64,000 nt of DNA from an uncultured Clostridia bacterium (GCA_944383915.1 CALWRJ010000010.1:73178-137177), one strand, 5' to 3'; positions 46,307-56,809 are shown, numbered from the stretch's first letter. The notes: generated by a model from the letters alone, not told the origin. Translations and numbers: made by a program.

Positions 46307-46330
46307 ATTTTTAGTGATAACTTTTTTATT

Positions 46331-47065
46331 TTAATCGTTGTTGCGGAGAATTAGTATAGTTGTGATAAAACGGACAAGGGTAAGTATACTTATCAAAAGC
46401 GAAGCGACATAAGTCATTGCTGCGGCGGTGAGCATTGATTTCGCTTGCTTTATTTCGTCATCGGTGGTGATATAACCGCCTTCTTTTAATTGCCTCATTG
46501 CGCGTTTTGATGCGTCAATTTCGGTAGGCAAGGTTACAAGACTAAAAAGCATTGCTAGTCCAAAAAATGCAATTCCCGCGTACATAACAATATTTCCAAA
46601 AAGCGAATTCCAGCCTGCGAAAATATTTATAAGTAGCCCTATTATTACTAATGGCCATAAGATTTTGTCGCTAAAATTGATTACTGGCACTAAAAAAGTA
46701 CGAATTTTTGATGCAAGATTACCTTCTTTTCGTTGAATGGCGTGTCCAACTTCGTGCGCGGCTATACTAAGAGATGCAATAGTATTTTGTCCATAAACAC
46801 CTTGGCTTAGCGAAATTGTATCTTTGCTTGGGTTGTAGTTGTCCGTCATTTCGCCTGGAATTGATACAATATTTATCTCATAAAGGTCGTTTTTGTCTAA
46901 AATTTCGCGTGCGACTTGGTCACCTGTCTTATCGGTGCTAGATGGTTTTATGCCTTTTGTGCGTTTGTACGCGCTAGAAACTTTTGCTTGCGCCCAAATG
47001 GCTAAAATAATACCTGGCACCATAATAATACCTAATAGCCAATATAAAATATAAAAATCTAACAT
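46331..47065 (-). CDS. putative neutral zinc metallopeptidase (Zn_peptidase_2 / PF04298-like membrane protein)
   Basis: HEVGHAIQ zinc motif, TM helices at both ends. GGAGA RBS. Confidence 0.85.
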   Translation of the reverse strand: MLDFYILYWLLGIIMVPGIILAIWAQAKVSSAYKRTKGIKPSSTDKTGDQVAREILDKNDLYEINIVSIPGEMTDNYNPSKDTISLSQGVYGQNTIASLSIAAHEVGHAIQRKEGNLASKIRTFLVPVINFSDKILWPLVIIGLLINIFAGWNSLFGNIVMYAGIAFFGLAMLFSLVTLPTEIDASKRAMRQLKEGGYITTDDEIKQAKSMLTAAAMTYVASLLISILTLVRFITTILILRNND

Positions 47066-47241
47066 ATTTCTCCTAAAATAGTTTTTATCATTATACTATA
47101 AAATTAAGATAAAATCAAATGTTTAGCGCTCACTCTTTTATTAATTAAAATAATAACATTATTATAAACAAAATTGTGTGAATTTTGTGTAGTTTTATCT
47201 ACATTTCCACTTTTTTGTGGAAAACTTTGAGCGCAAATATT

Positions 47242-48204
47242 TTATGCGTAATCGATGTTTGTTATACGGTTTTCGCGAATGTCAAAGTGGTAAGTTTTGG
47301 TAAAACGCGGATTGCCGTTATATACGAGTGTTAGGTTATATGGTGTTTGTTCTAAACATTGTCGCACCTCGATAAAGTCGCCGAAATATGCGCGCAAATG
47401 CTCGTTTTTTAGGCTTGTGCTAAGGCTCGGGTGAAGGTATGTCCGCGCAAGTGAGTAATTTTCGATATTCAAGGCTTCCATAAAGGCTTGCGGAATTGCT
47501 TGCGGGCAGGCGGGCGAAATTGGTTCATTTTGAGTGAATACGGAATATTGATTATCCTTTATAAATGCTCCGTTTTTTTGTTGGTAAACGCTAACTATAC
47601 CGTGCCGTGCAATATCTTGTAAATTTTTTAGCGTAACAATTTTTGTGCCGTCAAACTCGATTTTGTCGGCGGTGTATTCAAATGCCACTTGTAAATTTTT
47701 ATTAAGTAACAATAAATAACTTTGTTCGTTTGCTAGTTTGCCTAAAATTTGGATAAAATCGTAATTTTTTGTGGCTTTTACATCAAATAAATCATTATTT
47801 AGCGGGTACGACAAATTGAGTTTGCCATTGCTGATATTTAGCATATGCTTATTGATTGTAATAATTGTGTCATCGAGAGTTGTATAAAAAGGTGCGGTAT
47901 TTTGTGCGGTGTTTGGAAGGGTTAGTGACGATGTCGAAACAATAAAGTTTCGCGCGCCGTAGTCGATAATTGCAATATTTGAATGGTCGCAAAGAAGTTT
48001 GTTGGCGCTAATATTAAGTTTTGCGGAAAACGGAATTGAAATTTCGTCTAACGAGTTTGAAAGGGGATAACATGACAAAATAAAGTCCTCGTCTATTTCA
48101 ATTGATAAGTAGTCGTTAGGGCTTTCAACAAAACCGATTTGATGATTGTTTATACAGTACATAGTTTTATCATTACTTGTGATATGCACAAAAATTTGTT
48201 CCAA
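47242..48204 (-). CDS. hypothetical protein (320 aa)
   Basis: TTG start with GAGG 8 nt upstream. No domain recognised. Confidence 0.5.
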   Translation of the reverse strand: MEQIFVHITSNDKTMYCINNHQIGFVESPNDYLSIEIDEDFILSCYPLSNSLDEISIPFSAKLNISANKLLCDHSNIAIIDYGARNFIVSTSSLTLPNTAQNTAPFYTTLDDTIITINKHMLNISNGKLNLSYPLNNDLFDVKATKNYDFIQILGKLANEQSYLLLLNKNLQVAFEYTADKIEFDGTKIVTLKNLQDIARHGIVSVYQQKNGAFIKDNQYSVFTQNEPISPACPQAIPQAFMEALNIENYSLARTYLHPSLSTSLKNEHLRAYFGDFIEVRQCLEQTPYNLTLVYNGNPRFTKTYHFDIRENRITNIDYA

Positions 48205-48308
48205 AATATAAACCTCGAAAGTGTATTTATTATAAAATATGCTTTTTAAAGTCTAAAATATAATTTTTTGGTTAATAATTGCCTTGATAATTTATTTAGG
48301 GGTGAATT

Positions 48309-49373
48309 ATGAAAGACTTTTCTATAATGGGTTGGAGCGAATTGGAGATTAAAAGATTGTTAAGTTTTGTGCTAAACAGGGGAGATAAAAGTTTATTATC
48401 CGTTTTTGATGATTTTGCAAGTAAAACGGGAAGGCGTCCGTATAGCGTGCGTAATTTTTATTATAAATTAATAAATCTTGCAGAGAAAAATAGCGAAGTG
48501 GCAAAGGCGGTTAATTTTAATAAAATTTCTAACAATATGAAAAATAATCATTTTTCACAAAACGACACTAAAAGTTTATTACGCACACTATTAAATAATG
48601 ACAAAAATATTAGTGTTAGACGCGCGTGCTTAAATCTAGCGAATGGTGACGCTAAACTTATGATTAGGTATCAAAATAAATATCGCAATATTTTAAAAAC
48701 TAATATAAAACTTGTTAACGAAGTGGCAAACGAGTTAAGACAAAATGGTGTGCGCGTGCGAAAATATGATAAATTTGGCAATAATTTAGTAAAATTTGAT
48801 AAAAATTATGGAAATTTCAATGATTTTGCACAAAATTCAACAAAATTTAGCGAAAATTATCAAAAAAATAATAAAATAGCAAAAAATACAGCAAAAATTA
48901 ATGAAAATTATTTAAAAAATGAGATTTTTAATCAAAAATCGGCAAAATTTAATGAAAAAACATTAAATTTTGATAAATTTAACCAAAATATAGCAGTTAT
49001 GCCTACGCAAAATGATAAACTTACGGAAAACGATATGCAGGCGCTTTTTTTAGGGCTAGTGCGTTTGGTGAAGCGGAGTGCCGAACACGAAGTAGCGCAA
49101 AATTTAAAAAGGGAAGCCGAATTTGCTAACTCCGCGCTTCAAAATTCTCTTATTGATTTAAGGCGTAAAGAAGTGTTGATAGCCGAACTTAAAGAGCAGA
49201 ACGAAAAATTAAAAATAAAACTCGATAAATTAGAGAAAAATTTCCAAAAAAATCAAGAAAAAATGGTTGGCAACATCTCGACAATTTCTGTTTTGTTAGG
49301 TAACTCTAAAATAGACGAACTAAAAAATTTTGTTGAGAAATTAAGTTTAAAAGAAAGGGGAGAGTTTGATTAG
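48309..49373 (+). CDS. hypothetical protein with SANT/Myb-like N-terminus, N/K/F-rich repeat region and C-terminal coiled coil
   Basis: AGGGGTGA RBS. WSELEIKRLLSFV...RRPYSVRNFYYKL. Central NF-x-KF-N degenerate repeats. Confidence 0.5.
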   Translation: MKDFSIMGWSELEIKRLLSFVLNRGDKSLLSVFDDFASKTGRRPYSVRNFYYKLINLAEKNSEVAKAVNFNKISNNMKNNHFSQNDTKSLLRTLLNNDKNISVRRACLNLANGDAKLMIRYQNKYRNILKTNIKLVNEVANELRQNGVRVRKYDKFGNNLVKFDKNYGNFNDFAQNSTKFSENYQKNNKIAKNTAKINENYLKNEIFNQKSAKFNEKTLNFDKFNQNIAVMPTQNDKLTENDMQALFLGLVRLVKRSAEHEVAQNLKREAEFANSALQNSLIDLRRKEVLIAELKEQNEKLKIKLDKLEKNFQKNQEKMVGNISTISVLLGNSKIDELKNFVEKLSLKERGEFD

Positions 49374-49374
49374 T

Positions 49375-49909
49375 TTGCATAGCACTATGCTTTAGTGCTA
49401 TGCAAAAATTAGCAATTAGCAATTAGCAATTAGCAGTTAAGGAGTTATTTCTTAAAATATTTATAATCTAATAAATTTCAGCCTTGATTCAAAATTACAA
49501 GAAAAATACGAGTTTTTATATGCATAGTACCTAAAATTTGTGGTTTTATGCATTATTTTTAGTGCATAGTACTATAAAATTTTGAACTTGTGTTCAAAAT
49601 TTAATTAGCAATTAGCAGTCTTACTTGCTACGCAAGAATTAGCAATTAGCAATTAGCAGTCTTACTTGCTACGCAAGAATTAGCAATTAGCAATTAGCAG
49701 TTATTGTGCGCGTGCGCGCAAGCCTATGCGCTTCGCTTAATTTTTGCCTTGGAGTATGCAATGCACACGGAAAGCCAGCCAATAGTTAGAGTAATTGTTA
49801 AAGTGAGTGGCTCACGGCTGAATTTTGAATTTTGAATTACGGAGTTATTTCCAAAAGTCATCTTATATTTAGAAATACCTTCCTTAACTGCTAATTGCTA
49901 ATTGCTAAT
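49375..49909. repeat. mosaic repeat island C
   Basis: 11-bp-stem palindrome ttgcatagcac/gtgctatgcaa at 49375; (AATTAGC)n; TGCATAGTAC motifs at 49520 and 49562; palindrome aaattttgaac/gttcaaaattt; two 41-bp tandem units with CTTGC-TAC-GCAAG hairpins at 49623 and 49664; GC module at 49703; (GAATTTT)n at 49820; (GCTAATT)3 at 49888. Confidence 0.9.
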
Positions 49910-49974
49910 TTGTAAAAGGTTGCTTTAATTTTTATTTTATGCTAAAATTGAATAAAAATTACAAAGGATAAAGT

Positions 49975-52900
49975 ATGCAACTTAATTTTGTTTTTGGAGA
50001 TAATTTTAACGACATTACAAGCGAGCAAATTTCGCTTATTGGTAAAGGTTTAAAAAACAACAAAAAGCAACTTGTAATTGTACCAGATAGATTTTCGCTA
50101 ACTATGGAAAATCGCATTTTAAAAGAGTTAAACTTGACTGCTACTTTCGATATCGAAGTAGTTTCTTTTGCGCGTCTTGCGAGCAAAGTTTTATCTAAAG
50201 AAAATGCTCCGCAAGTGTTATCTAGTCTTGGCGCGACTATGGTAATTGAAAAAATTATCACTGACCACGCAAACGAGTTGCAGTGCTTTAAAAATACTTC
50301 TAAAACTATCGCCTTTGCAAGTGTGTTGTTTGACTCAATAGCGCAGTTGAAAAGTTGCAAGGTTACGCCTGCTGATTTATTTAAAAATATGGATAATATT
50401 AAAAACAACGCACTCCGTTTAAAACTTAACGATATTGCGCTTGTCTATAAATATTATGAAGATTTTTTGGCGAACGATTTTATTGACTCAAATAATAGGC
50501 TGACGCTATTAGGCGAGATAATTACGGACTCAATAGATTTTGAAAATACCGATGTGCATCTATGTAATTTTGATAGCACTACGGCACGCGCGCTCGATGT
50601 TGTGCGCATTATGATTAAACACGCAAACTCGTTTAGTGTCGGGCTTCTTGTTCCTGAACAAAATCAAAAAAACGGCGATTATTATATTAGCGATATGCAA
50701 AATTACTTTTTTACACTTTCTAAAAATCTAGGCATTACTCCTAACTTTATTACCGCAAAAAACACGATGCCAGCCCTTTTTCGCCAAATTTTGCACAACG
50801 CTTTGGCAGTCGAGCCTGAAAAAAAAGAAATTACAACAAATGACGAAGTGCGCCTTTTTAGCACAAACAGCCCAAATAGCGAAGTCGAGTTTGTGGCGCA
50901 AGATATTATTTACAAAGTGCATAACGGTGCGCGTTTTCGCGATTTTGCGATAAACTGCACGAATATTGAGAGTTACGCGCCTATTTTTATTCGTGTTTTT
51001 GAAAAGTATAAAATTCCGTATTGGATAGACAACCCTGTAAAACTCGAGGATATCGAAGGCACAAAATTTATTTTGACCGCACTTGATGTCTTGCTTGATA
51101 ATTTTCAAGTAAAAGATGTGTTGAGTTTTGCGAAAAATGCGTTTAGTAATTTAAGTATCCGCGATTATTCGGTATTTGAAAATGTGGTTACAAAATACGG
51201 AATTGTTGGCGAGCGGTTTATGTCTAATGAAATCCCTGAATACGCCGATGATGAGTTTAAAGAATATTTGAGCATTAAGCAATTTTTAGTGCCACTTTTT
51301 GACCTTGATAAAAATATTTCGGGAAGCCACACGGTAGGCGAGATGATTTCGGCACTTCGCAATTTTATGACACAAACTAATCTGGAAGCAAATATTAATG
51401 GAATGGCGCAGGCGTTTAGCGAGAGCGGAAATTTGTTAAAGCAAAGTTTGTCGCGTCAAAATTTTGCAAAAATTGACAATGTGCTAACACAAATGCTCGA
51501 TATTTTAGGCGGTGTTGAATGCGATTTAGGGCAGTTTATCAAAATTTTACGCGCTGGAATCTCGACTGTAACGATTTCGCCCTTGCCTATGAGTGTCGAC
51601 TGTGTCTACATTGGGCAAAGTCTTGCGAGCGTCTTTAATGTAGTAGATTATTATTATATTGTCGGCGCGGTGGACGGAGCCTTTCCTGCATATGTCCTTG
51701 ATGTTGGGCTTATTGCCGATTATGATATTTTAGAACTCGGCGAGTCCGCTATAAAAATTTCGCCGTCTATTAGGGAAGTGAATGCGCGCAGTCGTGCAAG
51801 TGTCTTAAATAGTCTAGGAATGGCGCACAAGCAATTAAATATTTTGTACCCGCTTAATATGGGGGAGGATGAATGCAAACCTGCAAGCGTGGTAAGTAGC
51901 ATTTGCCAAATTTTACAATATAAAGGTGAAAATTTGCCTATTATTTCGCTTCCTGAAATGCTTGCGGACAACAACGCATTTGGCGGGCAAGAGCGAAGGC
52001 TAATGTTTCTTTGGAGCGAGCCAAACAAGATGTTGCGCGGTTTCGTTGACGAACTCCAAAACCCAAACAGCACGATTACTCCGCCGACACTTGCAAGTAT
52101 TTATAATTATTTAGTTGAAAAGGGCTATAAAGATAGGCTTGACGAGATTTTTAAAAATCTATATAGGCAAAATGTAGTTGAAAGGCTAAATAACCCTGAA
52201 AGCCTATTTTTTACGAATGGTAAAGCACGCGTAACGCAAATTGAACGCTTTTTTAACTGTCCGTATGCGCACTTTTTAAACTACGGACTTCGCCTTAAAG
52301 AAAGGGAGAAAAGTACGCCCGAGGCTGTGGATATTGGTAACATCTTGCACGCCGTTTTTGAAAATTTCGGCAAAATTATCCGCGAGCGCGAAGTAAGTGA
52401 TAGTGAGATTGAAAGCATTGTTCCTAAAATTTATGACGAGATTTTAGCGCGCAAAGAGTACGGAAGGCTTTTATATAGTGGCGAAAACGCGTACTTGCTT
52501 GAAACTTTAAAAAACGAGGCTGTGCGCGCGTGTAAAGCAATTAGTTATCAACTTTCGCATTCAAATTATAAAATAAAATTTATCGAAAGCAGTTTTGGAA
52601 GTCCTAACTTTGCGCGTATTCCCGAAGTGGCGGTGATTAATACTAATATTAAGGTAAAAATTAGCGGAAAAATCGACCGCGCCGATGTTTTTGGAAATCG
52701 ATTAAGACTGATTGACTACAAGACGAGTAAGGCGAGCGGAACGCTAAAACTTTTAGACTTTTATTTAGGCAAAAAAATACAACTTTTCTACTATATGCAA
52801 GTAATTTTACACGATTTAGGGCTTCAGCCTGGCGGTGCGTATTATTTGCCCGTTCACCGTGAATACGAGCGAGAAGGCAAGTCTACAATATATTCAAGTT

Positions 52901-53298
52901 ATCGTTTTGACGGAGTGTCTGTTTACACAGAAGCAAATATGCTGGCGCAAGATGACCAACTAAACTACGACCACCCGACAAGTGATATTGTCCCTAGTAA
53001 GATTAGTACTGCTAAAAAATATGTTGATGAAGGTGTTATAAAACTAAATGACATAAAGAATAGTTCGGCAACCGAGGAGCAGTTTAATAATATGCTAAAA
53101 TACGCAAAGGCGGTGCTAGAAGGTGCGATAAATGATATTTACAATGGCGAAATTAGACCGCTATTTATCGAAAACGCGTGCGAGTACTGTAAGTATAAGT
53201 ATATTTGCAAAAAAGGTGCTTCACCAAGCGTGTTAGAGCGCAAGAAAAATTTTGATGTAAAACTTGATTCTTTCGATTTAGGGGGAAATGATGGCTGA
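49975..53298 (+). CDS. addB: helicase-nuclease AddB/RexB subunit
   Basis: Position upstream of and overlapping addA. C-terminal RecB-type nuclease (GKIDRAD...LIDYKTSK) and Fe-S cysteines (CPYAHF...CEYCKYKYIC). N-terminal Walker A is degenerate. Confidence 0.9.
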   Translation: MQLNFVFGDNFNDITSEQISLIGKGLKNNKKQLVIVPDRFSLTMENRILKELNLTATFDIEVVSFARLASKVLSKENAPQVLSSLGATMVIEKIITDHANELQCFKNTSKTIAFASVLFDSIAQLKSCKVTPADLFKNMDNIKNNALRLKLNDIALVYKYYEDFLANDFIDSNNRLTLLGEIITDSIDFENTDVHLCNFDSTTARALDVVRIMIKHANSFSVGLLVPEQNQKNGDYYISDMQNYFFTLSKNLGITPNFITAKNTMPALFRQILHNALAVEPEKKEITTNDEVRLFSTNSPNSEVEFVAQDIIYKVHNGARFRDFAINCTNIESYAPIFIRVFEKYKIPYWIDNPVKLEDIEGTKFILTALDVLLDNFQVKDVLSFAKNAFSNLSIRDYSVFENVVTKYGIVGERFMSNEIPEYADDEFKEYLSIKQFLVPLFDLDKNISGSHTVGEMISALRNFMTQTNLEANINGMAQAFSESGNLLKQSLSRQNFAKIDNVLTQMLDILGGVECDLGQFIKILRAGISTVTISPLPMSVDCVYIGQSLASVFNVVDYYYIVGAVDGAFPAYVLDVGLIADYDILELGESAIKISPSIREVNARSRASVLNSLGMAHKQLNILYPLNMGEDECKPASVVSSICQILQYKGENLPIISLPEMLADNNAFGGQERRLMFLWSEPNKMLRGFVDELQNPNSTITPPTLASIYNYLVEKGYKDRLDEIFKNLYRQNVVERLNNPESLFFTNGKARVTQIERFFNCPYAHFLNYGLRLKEREKSTPEAVDIGNILHAVFENFGKIIREREVSDSEIESIVPKIYDEILARKEYGRLLYSGENAYLLETLKNEAVRACKAISYQLSHSNYKIKFIESSFGSPNFARIPEVAVINTNIKVKISGKIDRADVFGNRLRLIDYKTSKASGTLKLLDFYLGKKIQLFYYMQVILHDLGLQPGGAYYLPVHREYEREGKSTIYSSYRFDGVSVYTEANMLAQDDQLNYDHPTSDIVPSKISTAKKYVDEGVIKLNDIKNSSATEEQFNNMLKYAKAVLEGAINDIYNGEIRPLFIENACEYCKYKYICKKGASPSVLERKKNFDVKLDSFDLGGNDG

Positions 53299-56200
53299 TA
53301 ATTTCAACAAGGACCAACTTTTAGCAATAAACACTTTCGACAAAGATATTTTAGTATCTGCGGGGGCGGGAAGTGGTAAAACAAGTGTTATGATTGAGCG
53401 AATCGCGAAAAATATCATTGAAAACGATGTAAATGTCAATGATATGCTTGTCGTTACTTTTACTAACGCCGCGGCAAATGAAATGCGCCTAAAACTTGAA
53501 AAAAAGTTGTTTGATGTCTTAAAAACTACCACTGATGAAGGTGTTAAAAAGCGCCTAAGAGAACAGATTGATATGCTCGGGCAAAGTGATATTTCTACAC
53601 TCCATAAATTTTGTATATCGGTAATTCAAAAGTACTTTTATATAATCGATGTTGACCCATCTTTTGCGGTCGGTGATGAGAGCGAAACAGCGCTAATTCG
53701 TGCGCGCGCTTTAAATGATGTTGTGCGCGAGTGTGTTAAAAATAATGATGCGAATTTTAGGTTGATTGCTTCGACTTTTGACAGCAAGCGAAATTTTGAT
53801 AAAATTAAGCAAAATATCTATAAAATTCATATATTTTTGACTAATTTACCCGATATAAACGAGTACAAAAACCGCATAAACAAGGCATATAGCGGGGGAA
53901 TTGACGACAACGATTTTGCAAAAATTTTAAACAATTACATATTAGAAATTTTTGAGCATTATTCTTTGTTATTTAGTGATTTAAAAAATGATGCCACAAT
54001 TTTAGGCTATACTGATTTAGTTGCATACTTAAATGAAATTATCCCTATTTTAAATAATATTACCCCTGCTAAATCGTTTTCAAAAAACACTTTTGCAGTT
54101 TTTAACCTTCCACAATTTCCGCAACTTAGGATAAAGACAACTTCGCCCGAGCAAGACGATTTAAAGGATAAAACGGGTAAGGTAAAAGAAAGTTTTTCAA
54201 ACACCTTAAAGCAACTGCGCGAAAAATTAATAACTGACGATTTAGAAAAGTTGGAAAACGATTTACTTGACACCAAAAAAATAATTGACGCGATGTTTTA
54301 CCTTGTTGAAAAGTTTGAAGCGCGCTACGGGGCTCTTAAAAAAGAGCGTAATATTTACGATTTTTCGGATTTAGAGCACTTTGCGTATAAAATTTTGTGC
54401 GATGACACCGTTTGCGCTGAAATAAAAAACCGATATAAACAAATTTATGTAGACGAATATCAAGATATAAACGATATTCAAGAAGGAATTATTGCTCGCG
54501 TACATACCGAGCGCGACCTATTTTTAGTTGGCGATGTAAAGCAAAGTATTTACGGTTTTCGTAATACTAACCCGCAAATATTTTTGGACAAATTAAACGA
54601 TTTTGATAATTTAAATAACGATGAAAACTGCGCGATTAGATTAAATTTTAACTATCGAACGGACCAAAAAATTTTAAATCTTGTAAACTTCGTATTCGGC
54701 AAACTTATGACAAAACACCTAGGTGGAATAGACTATTTGCCGTCTAATAAAATGGAGTCTGACATCGAGTTTAAAATGCCAAAAAATAGCCTTCCTGAAA
54801 TCGAATTTAATATAATAAATAAGCCTTCTAACGAAAAAGAAAGGGAGGAGGTAAGTGGCGTTTACCAAGTTAGCACAGCGCCAATTATAGAAAGTGTAGA
54901 GCGCGACTACGCACACAGCGAAGGTGTGAAAATTGCCGAAAAAATAGCCGAATTTATGACAAAACAACGCGTTATTTATGACGCAAAAAACAAGACTTTC
55001 CGCGATATAAAATATAGCGATATCACCCTTTTGTGTAGCACGCGCTCTGACGATGTCTACACAATTTTAGACACTATTCGCGAGTACGGTATCCCTGTCG
55101 GCATTCTCAATAAAGACGATATTTTTAACGAGTACGAAATTCAAGTTTTGTTTGCGTATTTAAATTTGGTAAATAACCCCTTTAATGATATTTATCTAAC
55201 TACACTCCTTGCTAGCCCTATTATAAATTTAAGCGAAAACGACCTCGCGCGCGTGCGTGCGTGTGCGCCCGAGCGCGACAATTATTATGAATGTGTGCTT
55301 GATTATCTAAACCGCGATGATGAGATAGCGAAAAAACTAAATTATTGCTTTGAATTGATAAATAATGGTGTTGATTATTTATTAAATGACAATATTTATA
55401 ATCTATTAAATTATTTTTGCGAGCAAACGCAGTATTTGGTACTTATTAGTTCGCTTGAAAATGGTACTAACAGGGTAAAAAATATGATAGGGTATATAAA
55501 TAGTTTTACAGGCAAGAAATACAACAACAATTTGCGCGATTATTTGTCGAGCGTTGAGCAGGCGGAAAATACGCCAAAAGTTACGCCTGAAAACTCTATC
55601 GGCGATGATGCAATAAATATTGAAACGATGCACAAGAGTAAAGGGCTTGAATATCCTATTGTCTTTTTAATTAACACAGGTCACCGCTTTAATGACGAGA
55701 ATAGAAAGGGCGACTTTATACTTCATAATACCCTAGGTATAGGCACAAATAAATACGATGTCGAAACGCGTACGCAAGTGCCGACACTATCTCTTAATGC
55801 TATAAAAATTGCGATGCGCGACAAAGAATTTGCCGAAAGCCTAAGGCTATTGTATGTCGCAATGACGCGCGCAAAAAACCACTTAATTATTACAGGGTGC
55901 GCCGATGTTGAAAACCTAAAATCAAGTATAACAACATTTGCAATCAAATCAAATAACAACTTTTTACAAATTTTACTTTCGGCTCTAAATAAAGACGAAA
56001 TTACTTCTTTATCAAGTGGTATTACAGAGTTAAAACTGCCAGTAAGCGAAAATAACAGCCTAAAAATTTCCGTTTTTGAGCATATCGACTACAACACAGA
56101 AAAGCAATCTAACATTATAAAAAAGCACGATTTTGACAGCATAAACGCAAAAATGAGCGAGATACTTGCAAATTTTGGTGACTATACCTACAAATTTGAT

Positions 56201-56809
56201 AATTCCACGCACCTAGCACTTAAAAATTCGGTAACCGCGTTAAATCGCGAAAGCGAAAGCGAAGGCGAGAGCGTAAACCCCGAGCCAAAGCAATTTTTAA
56301 TTACGGAAAATAACACTTCTAGCGTGTCGACTCTACAAGGTATTGCGTACCACAAGGCAATGCAATTAATTGATTTTGATTTGCCTGATGCCGAGTCTAT
56401 TAGGCTATTTTTATTAAATAAAATGACGCCGAGCGAACTCGAATTAATCGACACAAATAAAATTTTTTCGGCAATACAAAATATTCGCCCCTTACTAGAT
56501 AATGCCCGAATATTACGCGAACAGCAGTTTATGATGCGAAAACCGTATTATAAGCTCGTAGGAAGTGGCGATAATCAAGACGAAATTTTGGTGCAGGGAA
56601 TTATAGATTTAGTCATAATTAGAAACAACGAAGTTATTTTAGTCGATTATAAAACGAGTGCCTCGCATAACATAGAAAAAACTGCACAAAACTATATTAC
56701 ACAACTTAATTGTTACGCTCAAGCAATCGAAGGGGCGCTCGGTGTGCTACCTACTAAAAAATTTCTTTACTTTTTTTTGCAAGAACGCTTAATATTAATT
56801 GACAATTAA
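53288..56809 (+). CDS. addA: helicase-nuclease AddA subunit
   Basis: UvrD-type motifs (AGAGSGKTSVMIERI, VDEYQDIN, GDVKQSIYGFR, LLYVAMTRAK) plus a C-terminal nuclease (GIIDLV...LVDYKTS). Confidence 0.93.
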   Translation: MMADNFNKDQLLAINTFDKDILVSAGAGSGKTSVMIERIAKNIIENDVNVNDMLVVTFTNAAANEMRLKLEKKLFDVLKTTTDEGVKKRLREQIDMLGQSDISTLHKFCISVIQKYFYIIDVDPSFAVGDESETALIRARALNDVVRECVKNNDANFRLIASTFDSKRNFDKIKQNIYKIHIFLTNLPDINEYKNRINKAYSGGIDDNDFAKILNNYILEIFEHYSLLFSDLKNDATILGYTDLVAYLNEIIPILNNITPAKSFSKNTFAVFNLPQFPQLRIKTTSPEQDDLKDKTGKVKESFSNTLKQLREKLITDDLEKLENDLLDTKKIIDAMFYLVEKFEARYGALKKERNIYDFSDLEHFAYKILCDDTVCAEIKNRYKQIYVDEYQDINDIQEGIIARVHTERDLFLVGDVKQSIYGFRNTNPQIFLDKLNDFDNLNNDENCAIRLNFNYRTDQKILNLVNFVFGKLMTKHLGGIDYLPSNKMESDIEFKMPKNSLPEIEFNIINKPSNEKEREEVSGVYQVSTAPIIESVERDYAHSEGVKIAEKIAEFMTKQRVIYDAKNKTFRDIKYSDITLLCSTRSDDVYTILDTIREYGIPVGILNKDDIFNEYEIQVLFAYLNLVNNPFNDIYLTTLLASPIINLSENDLARVRACAPERDNYYECVLDYLNRDDEIAKKLNYCFELINNGVDYLLNDNIYNLLNYFCEQTQYLVLISSLENGTNRVKNMIGYINSFTGKKYNNNLRDYLSSVEQAENTPKVTPENSIGDDAINIETMHKSKGLEYPIVFLINTGHRFNDENRKGDFILHNTLGIGTNKYDVETRTQVPTLSLNAIKIAMRDKEFAESLRLLYVAMTRAKNHLIITGCADVENLKSSITTFAIKSNNNFLQILLSALNKDEITSLSSGITELKLPVSENNSLKISVFEHIDYNTEKQSNIIKKHDFDSINAKMSEILANFGDYTYKFDNSTHLALKNSVTALNRESESEGESVNPEPKQFLITENNTSSVSTLQGIAYHKAMQLIDFDLPDAESIRLFLLNKMTPSELELIDTNKIFSAIQNIRPLLDNARILREQQFMMRKPYYKLVGSGDNQDEILVQGIIDLVIIRNNEVILVDYKTSASHNIEKTAQNYITQLNCYAQAIEGALGVLPTKKFLYFFLQERLILIDN

